A stretch of DNA of 64,000 bases from Candidatus Marinacidobacterales bacterium (lineage in GTDB: Bacteria; Acidobacteriota; Vicinamibacteria; Marinacidobacterales; SMYC01). The stretch lies in contig CBDCYI010000004.1 in assembly GCA_965224085.1 (NCBI GenBank), positions 1,152,001 through 1,216,000 on the forward strand. Reading direction: 5' to 3'. Shown piece after piece: positions 18,603 to 27,505 of the stretch. Position 1 is the stretch's first letter; the number at the start of each line of letters is the position of its first letter. The position numbers and the translations under genes are program-made. Under the pieces are notes generated by a model. That model was not told the DNA's origin, ran no database searches, and worked only from the letters and a program-made list of their open reading frames with translations.

Positions 18603-21600
18603 ATGATGAGCTCACGTCGCTTCGCTTGGGTTATCGCTCACCGGAGGGTGGGTCCCGTTTCCATTCTTTTAGTAGCAGTCCTTCTCTTCGGTGGAGTCTT
18701 TGTGGCCACACTCGAGGCCCAGGCGACTGAAAGCCCGCGTTCCGACAAAGTCCTGGACTCTGCCATCCTCAAAAACCTGACGTGGCGCGGTATCGGCCCG
18801 GCCGTTCCAAGCGGGCGGGTGAACGATTTCGCCGTGGTCGAGAGCAATACCCACATCATCTACGCGGCGACGGCGACCGGTGGAGCCTGGAAGACGATCA
18901 ACAACGGCACGACGTGGGAGGCGGTGTTCGACAGCGAACGAACCAGCGCCCTCGGGGCGATTGCGGTGGCGCCCTCCAATCCGAACGTCGTTTGGGTGGG
19001 AACGGGTGAGTCGTGGGGAGCGCGCCTGTCGGCCTACGGTGATGGGGTGTACCGGTCCGAAGACGGCGGCAAGACCTGGCAGCACATGGGTCTCGAGCAA
19101 ACGCGCTACATCGGTCGGATTCTCATCCACCCGGAAGACGCGGAGACCGTTTACGTGGCAGCCCTTGGCTCTTTGTGGGGGCCCAACGACCAACGCGGGC
19201 TGTTCAAGACGACGGATGGAGGAAAGAGCTGGACCCACGCACTCTCCGTCAACAAGCACACCGGCGTTGTCGATGTGGCGATGGACCCCGAAAACCCCGA
19301 CCTGCTATACGCCGCGACGTATCAGAGGGAGCGACGAGCCTGGAACTTCGTCGGCGGTGGAGAGGAGTCAGGCATCTTCAAGACCTCCGATGGCGGTGAG
19401 AGCTGGCAGGAGCGAACGGCCGGACTCCCCCAGGGTGACATTGGTCGGATTGCTCTTTCGATTTGTCGCTCCAAGCCCAACGTCGTCTACGCGGCGGTCG
19501 AGGCGGTCGACGCGGAAAGCGGTGTTTACCGCTCGTCGGACTACGGAGCAAGCTGGGAGCTGCGCACCAACGATTTCTCCACGCGCTCTGACTTCGGCCA
19601 GATCCGCTGCGATCCCAATGACCCTGAGCGGATCTACCTGCTCCACGTCAGGCTCTTTCTCTCCGAGGATGGCGGCAAAAGCTTCCGCCGCGACGTCTTC
19701 GGCCCCAGTGCCCATGCGGACTGGCGCGGCTTCTGGATCGATCCCGGCGATTCGAACCACCTCATCGTCGGCAACGACGGGGGCGTTTATTTCTCCTATG
19801 ACCGCGGGCGTACTTGGGACTTTCAGAGCAACATTCCGGTGTCTCAATTCTATGCCGTCAGCGTCGATCTGCAGGAGCCCTTCTACAACATTTACGGAGG
19901 GCTCCAGGACAACGGCACGTTTGGAGGGCCGAGCGGCACCCGCCACGTCGCCGGCATCACCAACGCCGACTGGTTTCGAACCGCCGGGGGTGACGGCTTC
20001 TACACTCAGGTCGATCCTTCCGACCCAACCGTGGTCTATTGTGAATCGCAATATGGAGTGCTGTACCGGTTCGACACGCGGACCGGAGAGCGCCGCTCCA
20101 TCCAGCCGCTGCCGCCTGATGGGGAGGTGTATCGCTGGAACTGGAGCTCACCGCTCCGAATCTCCCGATACGATTCCAACACCCTCTACTTCGCGGCCAA
20201 CGTCGTTTTTCGCAGCCGGGACCGGGGTGACTCCTGGGAGGTGATAAGCCCCGATCTGACCCTTCGCCTCGACCCTTATGAGTTGCCCATCATGGGCAAG
20301 GTTTGGCCGAGCAACTCGGTGGCTTACCACCAGGGCACGGCTGACCTTGGCAACGTCGCCTCTCTCTCCGAGTCTCCTCTCGAGAGAGGACTTCTCGCGG
20401 TGGGAACCGACGATGGTCTCGTTCATGTGACTCGCGACGACGGGCGCACCTGGGAGAAGTTCGATCGGTTCCCTGGAGTGCCGGAGCGGACCTGGGTGAC
20501 CCGGGTCCTTTTGTCGGCTCACGACGAAGAGACCCTCTACGCAACGTTTGCCGGCCACCGGGACAACGATTTTCGTCCGTACGTGGTCAAGAGTACCGAT
20601 CTCGGCAAAAATTGGGAGCCGATCACGGGTAATTTGCCGGACCTGGGCACCCTCCGCGTCATCCTCGAGCACCCTTCTAACCCCAACCTGCTTTTTGTAG
20701 GCACCGAGCTCGGCGTCTTCGTGTCCATCTCCGGGGGCGGTCACTGGGTTCCCCTCCGGAACAACCTGCCGACCGTGCTGGTGCATGACCTGCTCGTTCA
20801 CCCGCGCAAGAACGATCTCGTGGTGGCGACCTACGGTCGCGGGCTATGGATTCTCGATGACCTTGCGATACTCGAGGAGATGACCCCTGAGGTGCTCGAG
20901 GGTAGCAGTCATCTCGCTCGCATTCGGCCGGCCACCGAGTTGCACCGCTACGATCGCCACTGGGGCTCCGAAGGCCATCGTTTGTTCGCTGCACCAAACC
21001 CACCGGACGGGGCGATCATCACTTACTACATCAATCCCGATGCCATGAGTTCGGAAGAGGCGCCCAGGGTGCAGCTCGATATCCTCGACGCGAAGGATCG
21101 CGTGGTGCGGAGGCTTTTACCAGTGCAGGGCTCGATTGGCGCCGGCATCCAGCGGCTGGTGTGGGACCTGCGTCATCCTTTGCCCTTTGACACCAGCGCG
21201 GACGAGCCCTCGTTTTCTCGCGGGCGACCACGAGGGCCTTTCGTCCTTCCCGGAAACTATCAGGCGCGTCTGAGCGTCGGCGACGCGACGCACGTTCAGT
21301 CAGTGAAGGTCATGGGTGACCCCCTCATTGATATTTCTTTGGAAGACCGGCGCCGCTGGCACGATACCTTGCTGACGCTGACTCAAATGGAAGCGACGGT
21401 GCGAGCGGTTGTCTCGACCGCAGGCGAAGTCAAAGAAAGAATGATGGATGTGCACGACAGCCTCGAACGGCATCTCGAGGTTCCGGAATCGCTTCGGCAC
21501 GACGTTCGGACGTTAACGGCCGAGGCGGACGAGATTCTCGGCCAAATGAGCGGGGGAGAGACACGAGGCGGGGCCGAGCAACGGAGACGAATGCCCATCG

Positions 21601-21827
21601 CGCGTCAAGTCACACGGCTCTACTCGTCCGTGGAGGCAGCGACCGCGGTGCCCACCGCCGACCAGCGTCGCCTCATCCTCGAATCCCGTGAGAAGCTGGA
21701 TGAGCAAGTGGCCAAGCTGAACCGTTTAGTCAGCGAAGCTCTGCCGGCGCTCAACGACCAGCTCACCCAACACGGTGTGTCATGGACGCCCGGTCGGCCC
21801 ATCGCGCTGCCGCTGAATACGCGATGA
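18603..21827 (+). CDS. VPS10/sortilin-like BNR-repeat protein (glycosyl hydrolase-like)
   Basis: WRGIGPAVPSGRV, repeated SxDGGxTW Asp-boxes, GGLQDNG, ATYGRG; GGAG RBS. Confidence 0.93.
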   Translation: MMSSRRFAWVIAHRRVGPVSILLVAVLLFGGVFVATLEAQATESPRSDKVLDSAILKNLTWRGIGPAVPSGRVNDFAVVESNTHIIYAATATGGAWKTINNGTTWEAVFDSERTSALGAIAVAPSNPNVVWVGTGESWGARLSAYGDGVYRSEDGGKTWQHMGLEQTRYIGRILIHPEDAETVYVAALGSLWGPNDQRGLFKTTDGGKSWTHALSVNKHTGVVDVAMDPENPDLLYAATYQRERRAWNFVGGGEESGIFKTSDGGESWQERTAGLPQGDIGRIALSICRSKPNVVYAAVEAVDAESGVYRSSDYGASWELRTNDFSTRSDFGQIRCDPNDPERIYLLHVRLFLSEDGGKSFRRDVFGPSAHADWRGFWIDPGDSNHLIVGNDGGVYFSYDRGRTWDFQSNIPVSQFYAVSVDLQEPFYNIYGGLQDNGTFGGPSGTRHVAGITNADWFRTAGGDGFYTQVDPSDPTVVYCESQYGVLYRFDTRTGERRSIQPLPPDGEVYRWNWSSPLRISRYDSNTLYFAANVVFRSRDRGDSWEVISPDLTLRLDPYELPIMGKVWPSNSVAYHQGTADLGNVASLSESPLERGLLAVGTDDGLVHVTRDDGRTWEKFDRFPGVPERTWVTRVLLSAHDEETLYATFAGHRDNDFRPYVVKSTDLGKNWEPITGNLPDLGTLRVILEHPSNPNLLFVGTELGVFVSISGGGHWVPLRNNLPTVLVHDLLVHPRKNDLVVATYGRGLWILDDLAILEEMTPEVLEGSSHLARIRPATELHRYDRHWGSEGHRLFAAPNPPDGAIITYYINPDAMSSEEAPRVQLDILDAKDRVVRRLLPVQGSIGAGIQRLVWDLRHPLPFDTSADEPSFSRGRPRGPFVLPGNYQARLSVGDATHVQSVKVMGDPLIDISLEDRRRWHDTLLTLTQMEATVRAVVSTAGEVKERMMDVHDSLERHLEVPESLRHDVRTLTAEADEILGQMSGGETRGGAEQRRRMPIARQVTRLYSSVEAATAVPTADQRRLILESREKLDEQVAKLNRLVSEALPALNDQLTQHGVSWTPGRPIALPLNTR

Positions 21828-23248
21828 AAGCGGTACGCACTGCCGTGCGTTGTTTGTGTGTGACGGTGCTCGTGCTCGTCTCTTCATCGTCCGCACCATC
21901 TTTGCCGGCCCAGCAACCGCCGGATGTAGAGCTCTTCTTCCGGGCGGCGAGTCGCGAAAAAGACGAAGCGGAGGCGGCGCTTAAGAAGATCGCGGAAACA
22001 TGGAAAGGCGGATACGCGAGCATGATCATCGATATCGTTCGTTTCCTACCGAGCTCTGGACAGAGACCTCTCTCCCCGACGGATAGGGCACGAGCGAGAC
22101 TTCTGAGCTTCCTCGAGAAACAAACAGGCGAGGACTTCGGTGAAGATTTCTTCGATTGGCGAAATTGGATGTGGAACCGCCCCTACGAGCCTCATCCCGA
22201 CTACTTATACTTCAAGTCGATGCTCTATCGACTTGTCGACAAGCGGATGACGGAGTTCTTTCAGCCGGGAGGTCCGACCCTGATCCGTCTCGACGAGGTG
22301 GAATGGGGCGGGGTCAAAGTGAACGGCATTCCTCCTCTCGATCACCCCGAGCATGTCCCCGCTTCAGAAGCCAGCTACCTCGACGACGGCAACATCGTTT
22401 TCGGAATCGCCCTCGATGGCGACGTGCGAGCTTATCCCAAGCGAATTCTGGCGGTTCACGAGCTCGCTCGCGACCGGGTCGGCGGGGTCGAGCTCGCCAT
22501 TGTCTACTGCACGCTTTGTGGAACCGTGATCCCTTACGAGGCCGAGGTCTCGGGGGAGCACCGCACTTTCGGAACCAGCGGACTCCTCTATCGCTCGAAC
22601 AAGCTCATGTTCGATGAGGAATCGATGAGTCTCTGGTCGACGCTCGAAGGCCGGCCGGTGATTGGCAAATTGGCGGGCCAGGACCTGGAGTTCACGTTCC
22701 GTCCGGTCGTGACGACGACCTGGAAGGAATGGCGGACCCAACACCCCGACACCGTGGTGCTATCTATCAACACCGGCGTCGAACGCGACTACTCCGAAGG
22801 CGCGGCATACCGGGATTATTTCCGGACCGACCAACTGATGTTCGGGGTCCCGAAGAGGGACAAGCGTCTCAAGAACAAAGACGAAGTGCTGACTCTCTTG
22901 CTCCGCCAGAAAGGAGCAGCCCCCGACGCCGAGCGGAAAGCTCTCGCTCTCTCGGCGAAATTCCTAAAGAAAAACCGCATCCATCACGTTTCCTTCGCCG
23001 GCTACGATCTCGTCGTCGTCACGAGCCAAAAGGGTGCAAACCGGGTCTACGACGCCTCCCACCGACGTTTTGTCAAGCAGAGGAAGGACGGCCTGCTCCA
23101 GGATACCGAAGCCAGGCGTTGGAACCTGACTGAAGACGCTCTGCTGAGCGAAGTCGCCTCGCTCGCGCCGCTGCCGCGCGTGCCGGCTCGACGGGCCTTT
23201 TGGTTCGGCTGGTACGCGCAGTTTCCCACGACGGAGCTCGTCCGCTGA
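21824..23248 (+). CDS. DUF3179 domain protein
   Basis: GGVKVNGIPPL, RAYP, HE, YCTLCG, FGTSGLLYRSNKLMFD, FWFGW; ATGA overlap with upstream stop. Confidence 0.9.
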   Translation: MKAVRTAVRCLCVTVLVLVSSSSAPSLPAQQPPDVELFFRAASREKDEAEAALKKIAETWKGGYASMIIDIVRFLPSSGQRPLSPTDRARARLLSFLEKQTGEDFGEDFFDWRNWMWNRPYEPHPDYLYFKSMLYRLVDKRMTEFFQPGGPTLIRLDEVEWGGVKVNGIPPLDHPEHVPASEASYLDDGNIVFGIALDGDVRAYPKRILAVHELARDRVGGVELAIVYCTLCGTVIPYEAEVSGEHRTFGTSGLLYRSNKLMFDEESMSLWSTLEGRPVIGKLAGQDLEFTFRPVVTTTWKEWRTQHPDTVVLSINTGVERDYSEGAAYRDYFRTDQLMFGVPKRDKRLKNKDEVLTLLLRQKGAAPDAERKALALSAKFLKKNRIHHVSFAGYDLVVVTSQKGANRVYDASHRRFVKQRKDGLLQDTEARRWNLTEDALLSEVASLAPLPRVPARRAFWFGWYAQFPTTELVR

Positions 23249-23249
23249 T

Positions 23250-24824
23250 ATGTGTGATGCCATGAAGGGAGGAAGGAATGACTTCATCTCTCTAGTGCTC
23301 GCTCACTCCTCGTTCGCTCGCTCGGCGCTCCCGTCGGCGGCCCATTCGGGCCGGGCTCGCTCCGCTCGCAGCAGGGTGCACCCGAGTTTTTTGGTACCCT
23401 GCTTGTGGATGGCGCTGTCTGTTGCCAGCTTGTTGGGATGCGCCGCGTCAGAGGGCCACCGAGCCGGGCAACCCGAGGAGCGACCCCTCGTCTTCACGCA
23501 TGTCACCGTCATCGACGCGACGGGGGCGCCACCGGCCGAGGACCGCACGGTGGTGGTCGCCAGGGGGAAAATCCAGTCGGTAGCTCGAAGCGGCGAGGTG
23601 AGCGTCCCCGAGAACGCAACGGTGGTGGATTCAACCGGAAAGTTCTTGATCCCCGGTCTCTGGGACATGCATGTCCACACGCGCTATCAAGGGATCGACT
23701 TCTTCGGTCTCTTCCTGGCCAACGGGATCACGGGAGTGCGGGACATGGGGGGGCCCCGGGAGCAGTTTGAAAAGCTCAAGAGCGCGAGAAGGGATGTCGA
23801 TGAGCAAAGTGCCCCGGTGCCTCGCATCGTGACCGCGGGACGGCTCCTGGCCGGCCCGGGCTCTCCGTGGTCTCACGCCGCCATCGTGGAAGGGCCCGAG
23901 GAGGGCCGGAAGCTCGTGAGGCGTTTGAAAGACGAGGGGGCGGATCTCGTCAAAGTGTCCAGCTTGCTGAGTCGGGATGCGTTCTTTGCCATCCTGGACG
24001 AGGCGAAACGGCAGGGACTTCCTTTTTCCGGACATGTCCCCGGAGCGGTGAGTGCCGCCGAAGCTTCCGACGCGGGCCAGCGCACCATCGAGCACCTGAG
24101 CGGTGTGCTGCTGGGCTGCTCACGGGAGGAAGAATCGCTGCGGCAGCGGTGGCTCGACAGCGGCTCGAGGCCGGACGGGTCCACGCTCCTCGAGACCTAC
24201 AACGAACAGAAGGCCAGCTCGCTCATCGACCGATTTGTCGCGAACGAAACGTGGCACGTGCCCACGCTTGCAAGCGCCTGGACGCGGCTCCGAGCACGGG
24301 GGGGAGACGCGCGGGTAACGGCCCGTGAGCGCCTCGACTACCTCCCCGCCCGTTACCGGGAGGCCGTCTCTTTGGGCGCGCCGTCTCGCCCCGGAGCACT
24401 CGAGTTACAACAAAGGGTCTTAGAAAAGCAACTCGAGCTCGTCGGGCAAATGCACGCGGCGGGTGTAAAGCTCCTCGCTGGGACGGATACGTACAAGCCG
24501 TTTCTCGTTCCCGGCTTCAGCCTGCACGACGAGTTGGCGCTGCTGGTCGAAGCGGGCCTTACGCCGCTCGAGGCGCTTCAAACCGCGACGCGCAATCCGG
24601 CCGAGCACCTGGGCTTGTCGGACCTGGGCACCGTGGAGGCGAGAAAGTTGGCGGACCTGGTGCTCCTCGATGCCAATCCCCTCGAGGACATTGGCAACAC
24701 GATGCAGATTGCAGCGGTCGTTTGGCGCGGCCGGATCCTGCACCGGTCGGCTCTAGAAGCTCTGCGGGACGAAACGCGGGAAGCAGCACGGAACCGCAAC
24801 GGCGAGCCCACGTCTATCCCTTGA
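23250..24824 (+). CDS. amidohydrolase family lipoprotein (start uncertain, possibly ~23409)
   Basis: PGLWDMHVH, NGITGVRDMG, TIEH, LLAGTD, ADLVLLDANPL; LLGC lipobox. Confidence 0.9.
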   Translation: MCDAMKGGRNDFISLVLAHSSFARSALPSAAHSGRARSARSRVHPSFLVPCLWMALSVASLLGCAASEGHRAGQPEERPLVFTHVTVIDATGAPPAEDRTVVVARGKIQSVARSGEVSVPENATVVDSTGKFLIPGLWDMHVHTRYQGIDFFGLFLANGITGVRDMGGPREQFEKLKSARRDVDEQSAPVPRIVTAGRLLAGPGSPWSHAAIVEGPEEGRKLVRRLKDEGADLVKVSSLLSRDAFFAILDEAKRQGLPFSGHVPGAVSAAEASDAGQRTIEHLSGVLLGCSREEESLRQRWLDSGSRPDGSTLLETYNEQKASSLIDRFVANETWHVPTLASAWTRLRARGGDARVTARERLDYLPARYREAVSLGAPSRPGALELQQRVLEKQLELVGQMHAAGVKLLAGTDTYKPFLVPGFSLHDELALLVEAGLTPLEALQTATRNPAEHLGLSDLGTVEARKLADLVLLDANPLEDIGNTMQIAAVVWRGRILHRSALEALRDETREAARNRNGEPTSIP

Positions 24825-24881
24825 CTTTCCAACTCTTGGCCATCTAGCATCACGCGAAACCGCTTGAGGAGGTATGGAACC

Positions 24882-25147
24882 ATGCAGATGAAGTGGGTCG
24901 TCGCCGCCCTCACCCTGCTGGCAATCATCCAGGTCCCGATGCTCGTCGGCGAAACTGTTCCCGCATCCGGCAACGAGATCTACACGCCGGCACTTTTCTC
25001 TGGTCTGTCCTATCGGGCGGTGGGGCCGTCCCGGGGAGGCCGAGTGACCGCGGTTGCCGGCCACCGGGACCAGCCGTCGACGTTGTATATGGGAGCGAGC
25101 GGAGGTGGCGTCTGGAAGACTACCGATTACGGCCACACCTGGCACCC
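24882..25147 (+). pseudogene. truncated VPS10/BNR protein N-terminus
   Basis: YRAVGPSRGGRVTAVAG...GGVWKTTDYGHTW then homology lost. Confidence 0.85.
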
Positions 25148-25472
25148 GTCTTGTCCAAAAATACGAACGAGTCGAAGGGCGTCATTCCCGAAGGCGTTTT
25201 TGTCGCCCGGAAAAACTATCGATCGGCGCCTGGCTCGCGAGAGGCGATTCGCCAACCTGACCTCCGCTCCCAGGTCATCCGCTGAACGACTCGCACCGAG
25301 TTGTTATGCGGCTTCGCGGTAGTAAGTAGTTGAGCGTGCCGCCCAATCGTTTGCGACATCTCACGTTCCCGTCGAGACTGCCCACGTGCTCGTCCGGTTC
25401 GATCAACGCGTTTTCGAGACCTTATAGAGTAGCCACGGCTCCCCGACGTCCAGGGGCCGAGGAGTTGCCGGG

Positions 25473-27425
25473 ATGATGACTCACAGGCTCGAGTTCATAG
25501 CGATTCTATCGTCCTTCCTTGCGTATGGCCGTTTGCCGCTGTCCGCCGAAGAAGCCAACGCCCCCCTGCCACTCGATACGCTGCTCGAGATCCGCAGCGT
25601 GGTCGCAGACGAGACGCCGCGATGGGCTCCCGACGGCTCGAGTATCCTCTTCGCCTCCGGGTCGAGCCTGATGACGGTCCGCGCCGAGGGCGGTTCCATC
25701 CGACGACTCCCGATGGATCTCTCGGAGGCGGGGCACTTTCTCGCCTCTCACATGCCGCGCTGGTCACCCACCGGAGAGTGGGTCGCCTACGTTTCCGACC
25801 GGACCGGAACGCCGGAGATATGGCTCTGGTCGGCCAAGGATGGCAGAGAGCGAGCCCTGACCCATCATGGGGCGAGGATCAACGCGTTCAGCTGGGCCCC
25901 GGACGGAAAGTGGATTGCTTTTTCCGGGGACCGCTACGGGAGCTACGACATCTGGAAAGTGTCCGTTCCACGGGGTGAGGCCGAGCGAGTCACCTCCCAC
26001 GAGAGATACGAGGTATTCCCGTCCTGGACGCCCGACTCGAAGGAGATCCTCTACGTCCGTCTGGACGAGCGGTGGATCGACCACCACGTGATCGTGGTTC
26101 AAGCGGACGGCGAGAACGCGCGCGTGATGCTGGAGGATCGAGAGTTTTTCGACTACCGGGCCGGAGGTACATTCGGATTTCCCCTCGTTTCTCCCGACGG
26201 ACGCTCATTCCTCTACCCCTCCTTGCGAAGCGGATGGATCAACTACTGGATCGCGCCCTTGGAAGGAGGCGAATCGCGCCCCATCGCCCCGGCACAGGCG
26301 GATCAAACCGAGGCGACCTGGTCGCCCGACGGTCGGTCGCTCGCCTTCATCGAGAACCACAACGGTACGCACGAGCTGCGGCTCGTCGATCCGTCGGGAG
26401 GCTCATCGGCAACGCTGATGGCACCCGAGACGGGAGTCGTCGCCGAGCCGGCCTGGTCGCCGGATGGAGAGCACATCAGCTTCACCCTGGAGGACTTCAA
26501 TCGGCCCAAAGACCTCTACGTCGTTTCAGTCGAGTCAAAAGACATCCGTCAATTGACCTTCTCGATGCCGGAAGGAAACCTGGAAGCGCAGCTCTTGATA
26601 CCAGAAAAGATCACCTACCCGAGCTCGGACGGTATCGAGATCGCGGCCTACCTCTACAAGCCGCAAAACCTGGCGCCGGACGACAGGCTGCCCGCGATCG
26701 TCTGGACGCACGGAGGCCCTACCTCCCAGTACAACGATACCTTCAACCGCAACGCCCAGTTTTTTGCCCAGCGCGGCTACGCGGTGCTCTTGCCCAACAT
26801 TCGCGGAAGCTCCGGCTACGGTCATCGGTTCGAAAAGATGAACAATGGCTGCTGGGGGCACTGTGATCTCGAGGACGTCATCGCGGGTGTCGAGTACTTG
26901 AAGACCCTTTCGTACGTGGAGCCCGACAAGATGGGGACGACGGGCTCGAGCTATGGTGGGTTCATGACCTGTAGTGCCATCGTGTTCGCGCCGGGAGTCT
27001 TCCAGGCCGCCGTTGCCGCCTCCGGCTACTGCAATCGCGTGTCCTTTGTCGAAGAAGGGGAGCACCGGCACATTCAGCAGCTTGCCTACGAGTTAGGGTC
27101 TTTCGAGGAGAATCGAGAGCTCTATTATCGAAACTCCCCCTTCTTCTTCGTCAAGAACATCCGGACCCCCACGTTTGTCCTCCACGGAGAGGGCCGCTAT
27201 CCGGGATCCCCCCAGATGCGGGAGTTCGCGCGGATGATGCAAAAAGAGTACAAGACATTTCGCTACAAGGCTTATCCGGGCGAGAACTACTACGTCCGAG
27301 GGAAGGCAAATACCCGGGCGATGCTCACCGACATGCTCCGATTCTTCGACTTCTACCTCAAGGACAAGGATCTCGAGCTCCCCGGAGTGGGGCACATTGA
27401 GGAGCTCACGCCAGCCAGCAAGTGA
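25473..27425 (+). CDS. S9 family (prolyl oligopeptidase-like) protein with TolB/PD40 propeller
   Basis: WSPDG repeats, HGGP, NIRGSSGYG, GSSYGG. Confidence 0.92.
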   Translation: MMTHRLEFIAILSSFLAYGRLPLSAEEANAPLPLDTLLEIRSVVADETPRWAPDGSSILFASGSSLMTVRAEGGSIRRLPMDLSEAGHFLASHMPRWSPTGEWVAYVSDRTGTPEIWLWSAKDGRERALTHHGARINAFSWAPDGKWIAFSGDRYGSYDIWKVSVPRGEAERVTSHERYEVFPSWTPDSKEILYVRLDERWIDHHVIVVQADGENARVMLEDREFFDYRAGGTFGFPLVSPDGRSFLYPSLRSGWINYWIAPLEGGESRPIAPAQADQTEATWSPDGRSLAFIENHNGTHELRLVDPSGGSSATLMAPETGVVAEPAWSPDGEHISFTLEDFNRPKDLYVVSVESKDIRQLTFSMPEGNLEAQLLIPEKITYPSSDGIEIAAYLYKPQNLAPDDRLPAIVWTHGGPTSQYNDTFNRNAQFFAQRGYAVLLPNIRGSSGYGHRFEKMNNGCWGHCDLEDVIAGVEYLKTLSYVEPDKMGTTGSSYGGFMTCSAIVFAPGVFQAAVAASGYCNRVSFVEEGEHRHIQQLAYELGSFEENRELYYRNSPFFFVKNIRTPTFVLHGEGRYPGSPQMREFARMMQKEYKTFRYKAYPGENYYVRGKANTRAMLTDMLRFFDFYLKDKDLELPGVGHIEELTPASK

Positions 27426-27505
27426 AACTGCGGGAGCAAGCTCGTCGCTTCCGCTCAGCACGTGAGCGACAAGGGACTGAGCTAAAGGAAAGGAGTTAAT
27501 TAACC

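Noticed and set aside
22500-22525. Selenocysteine in the DUF3179 CxxC motif
   Set aside because: Codons are TGC and TGT; no in-frame TGA.
25148-25470. Mobile element end interrupting the BNR fragment
   Set aside because: The breakpoint is clear but no inverted repeat partner or coding remnant could be identified.
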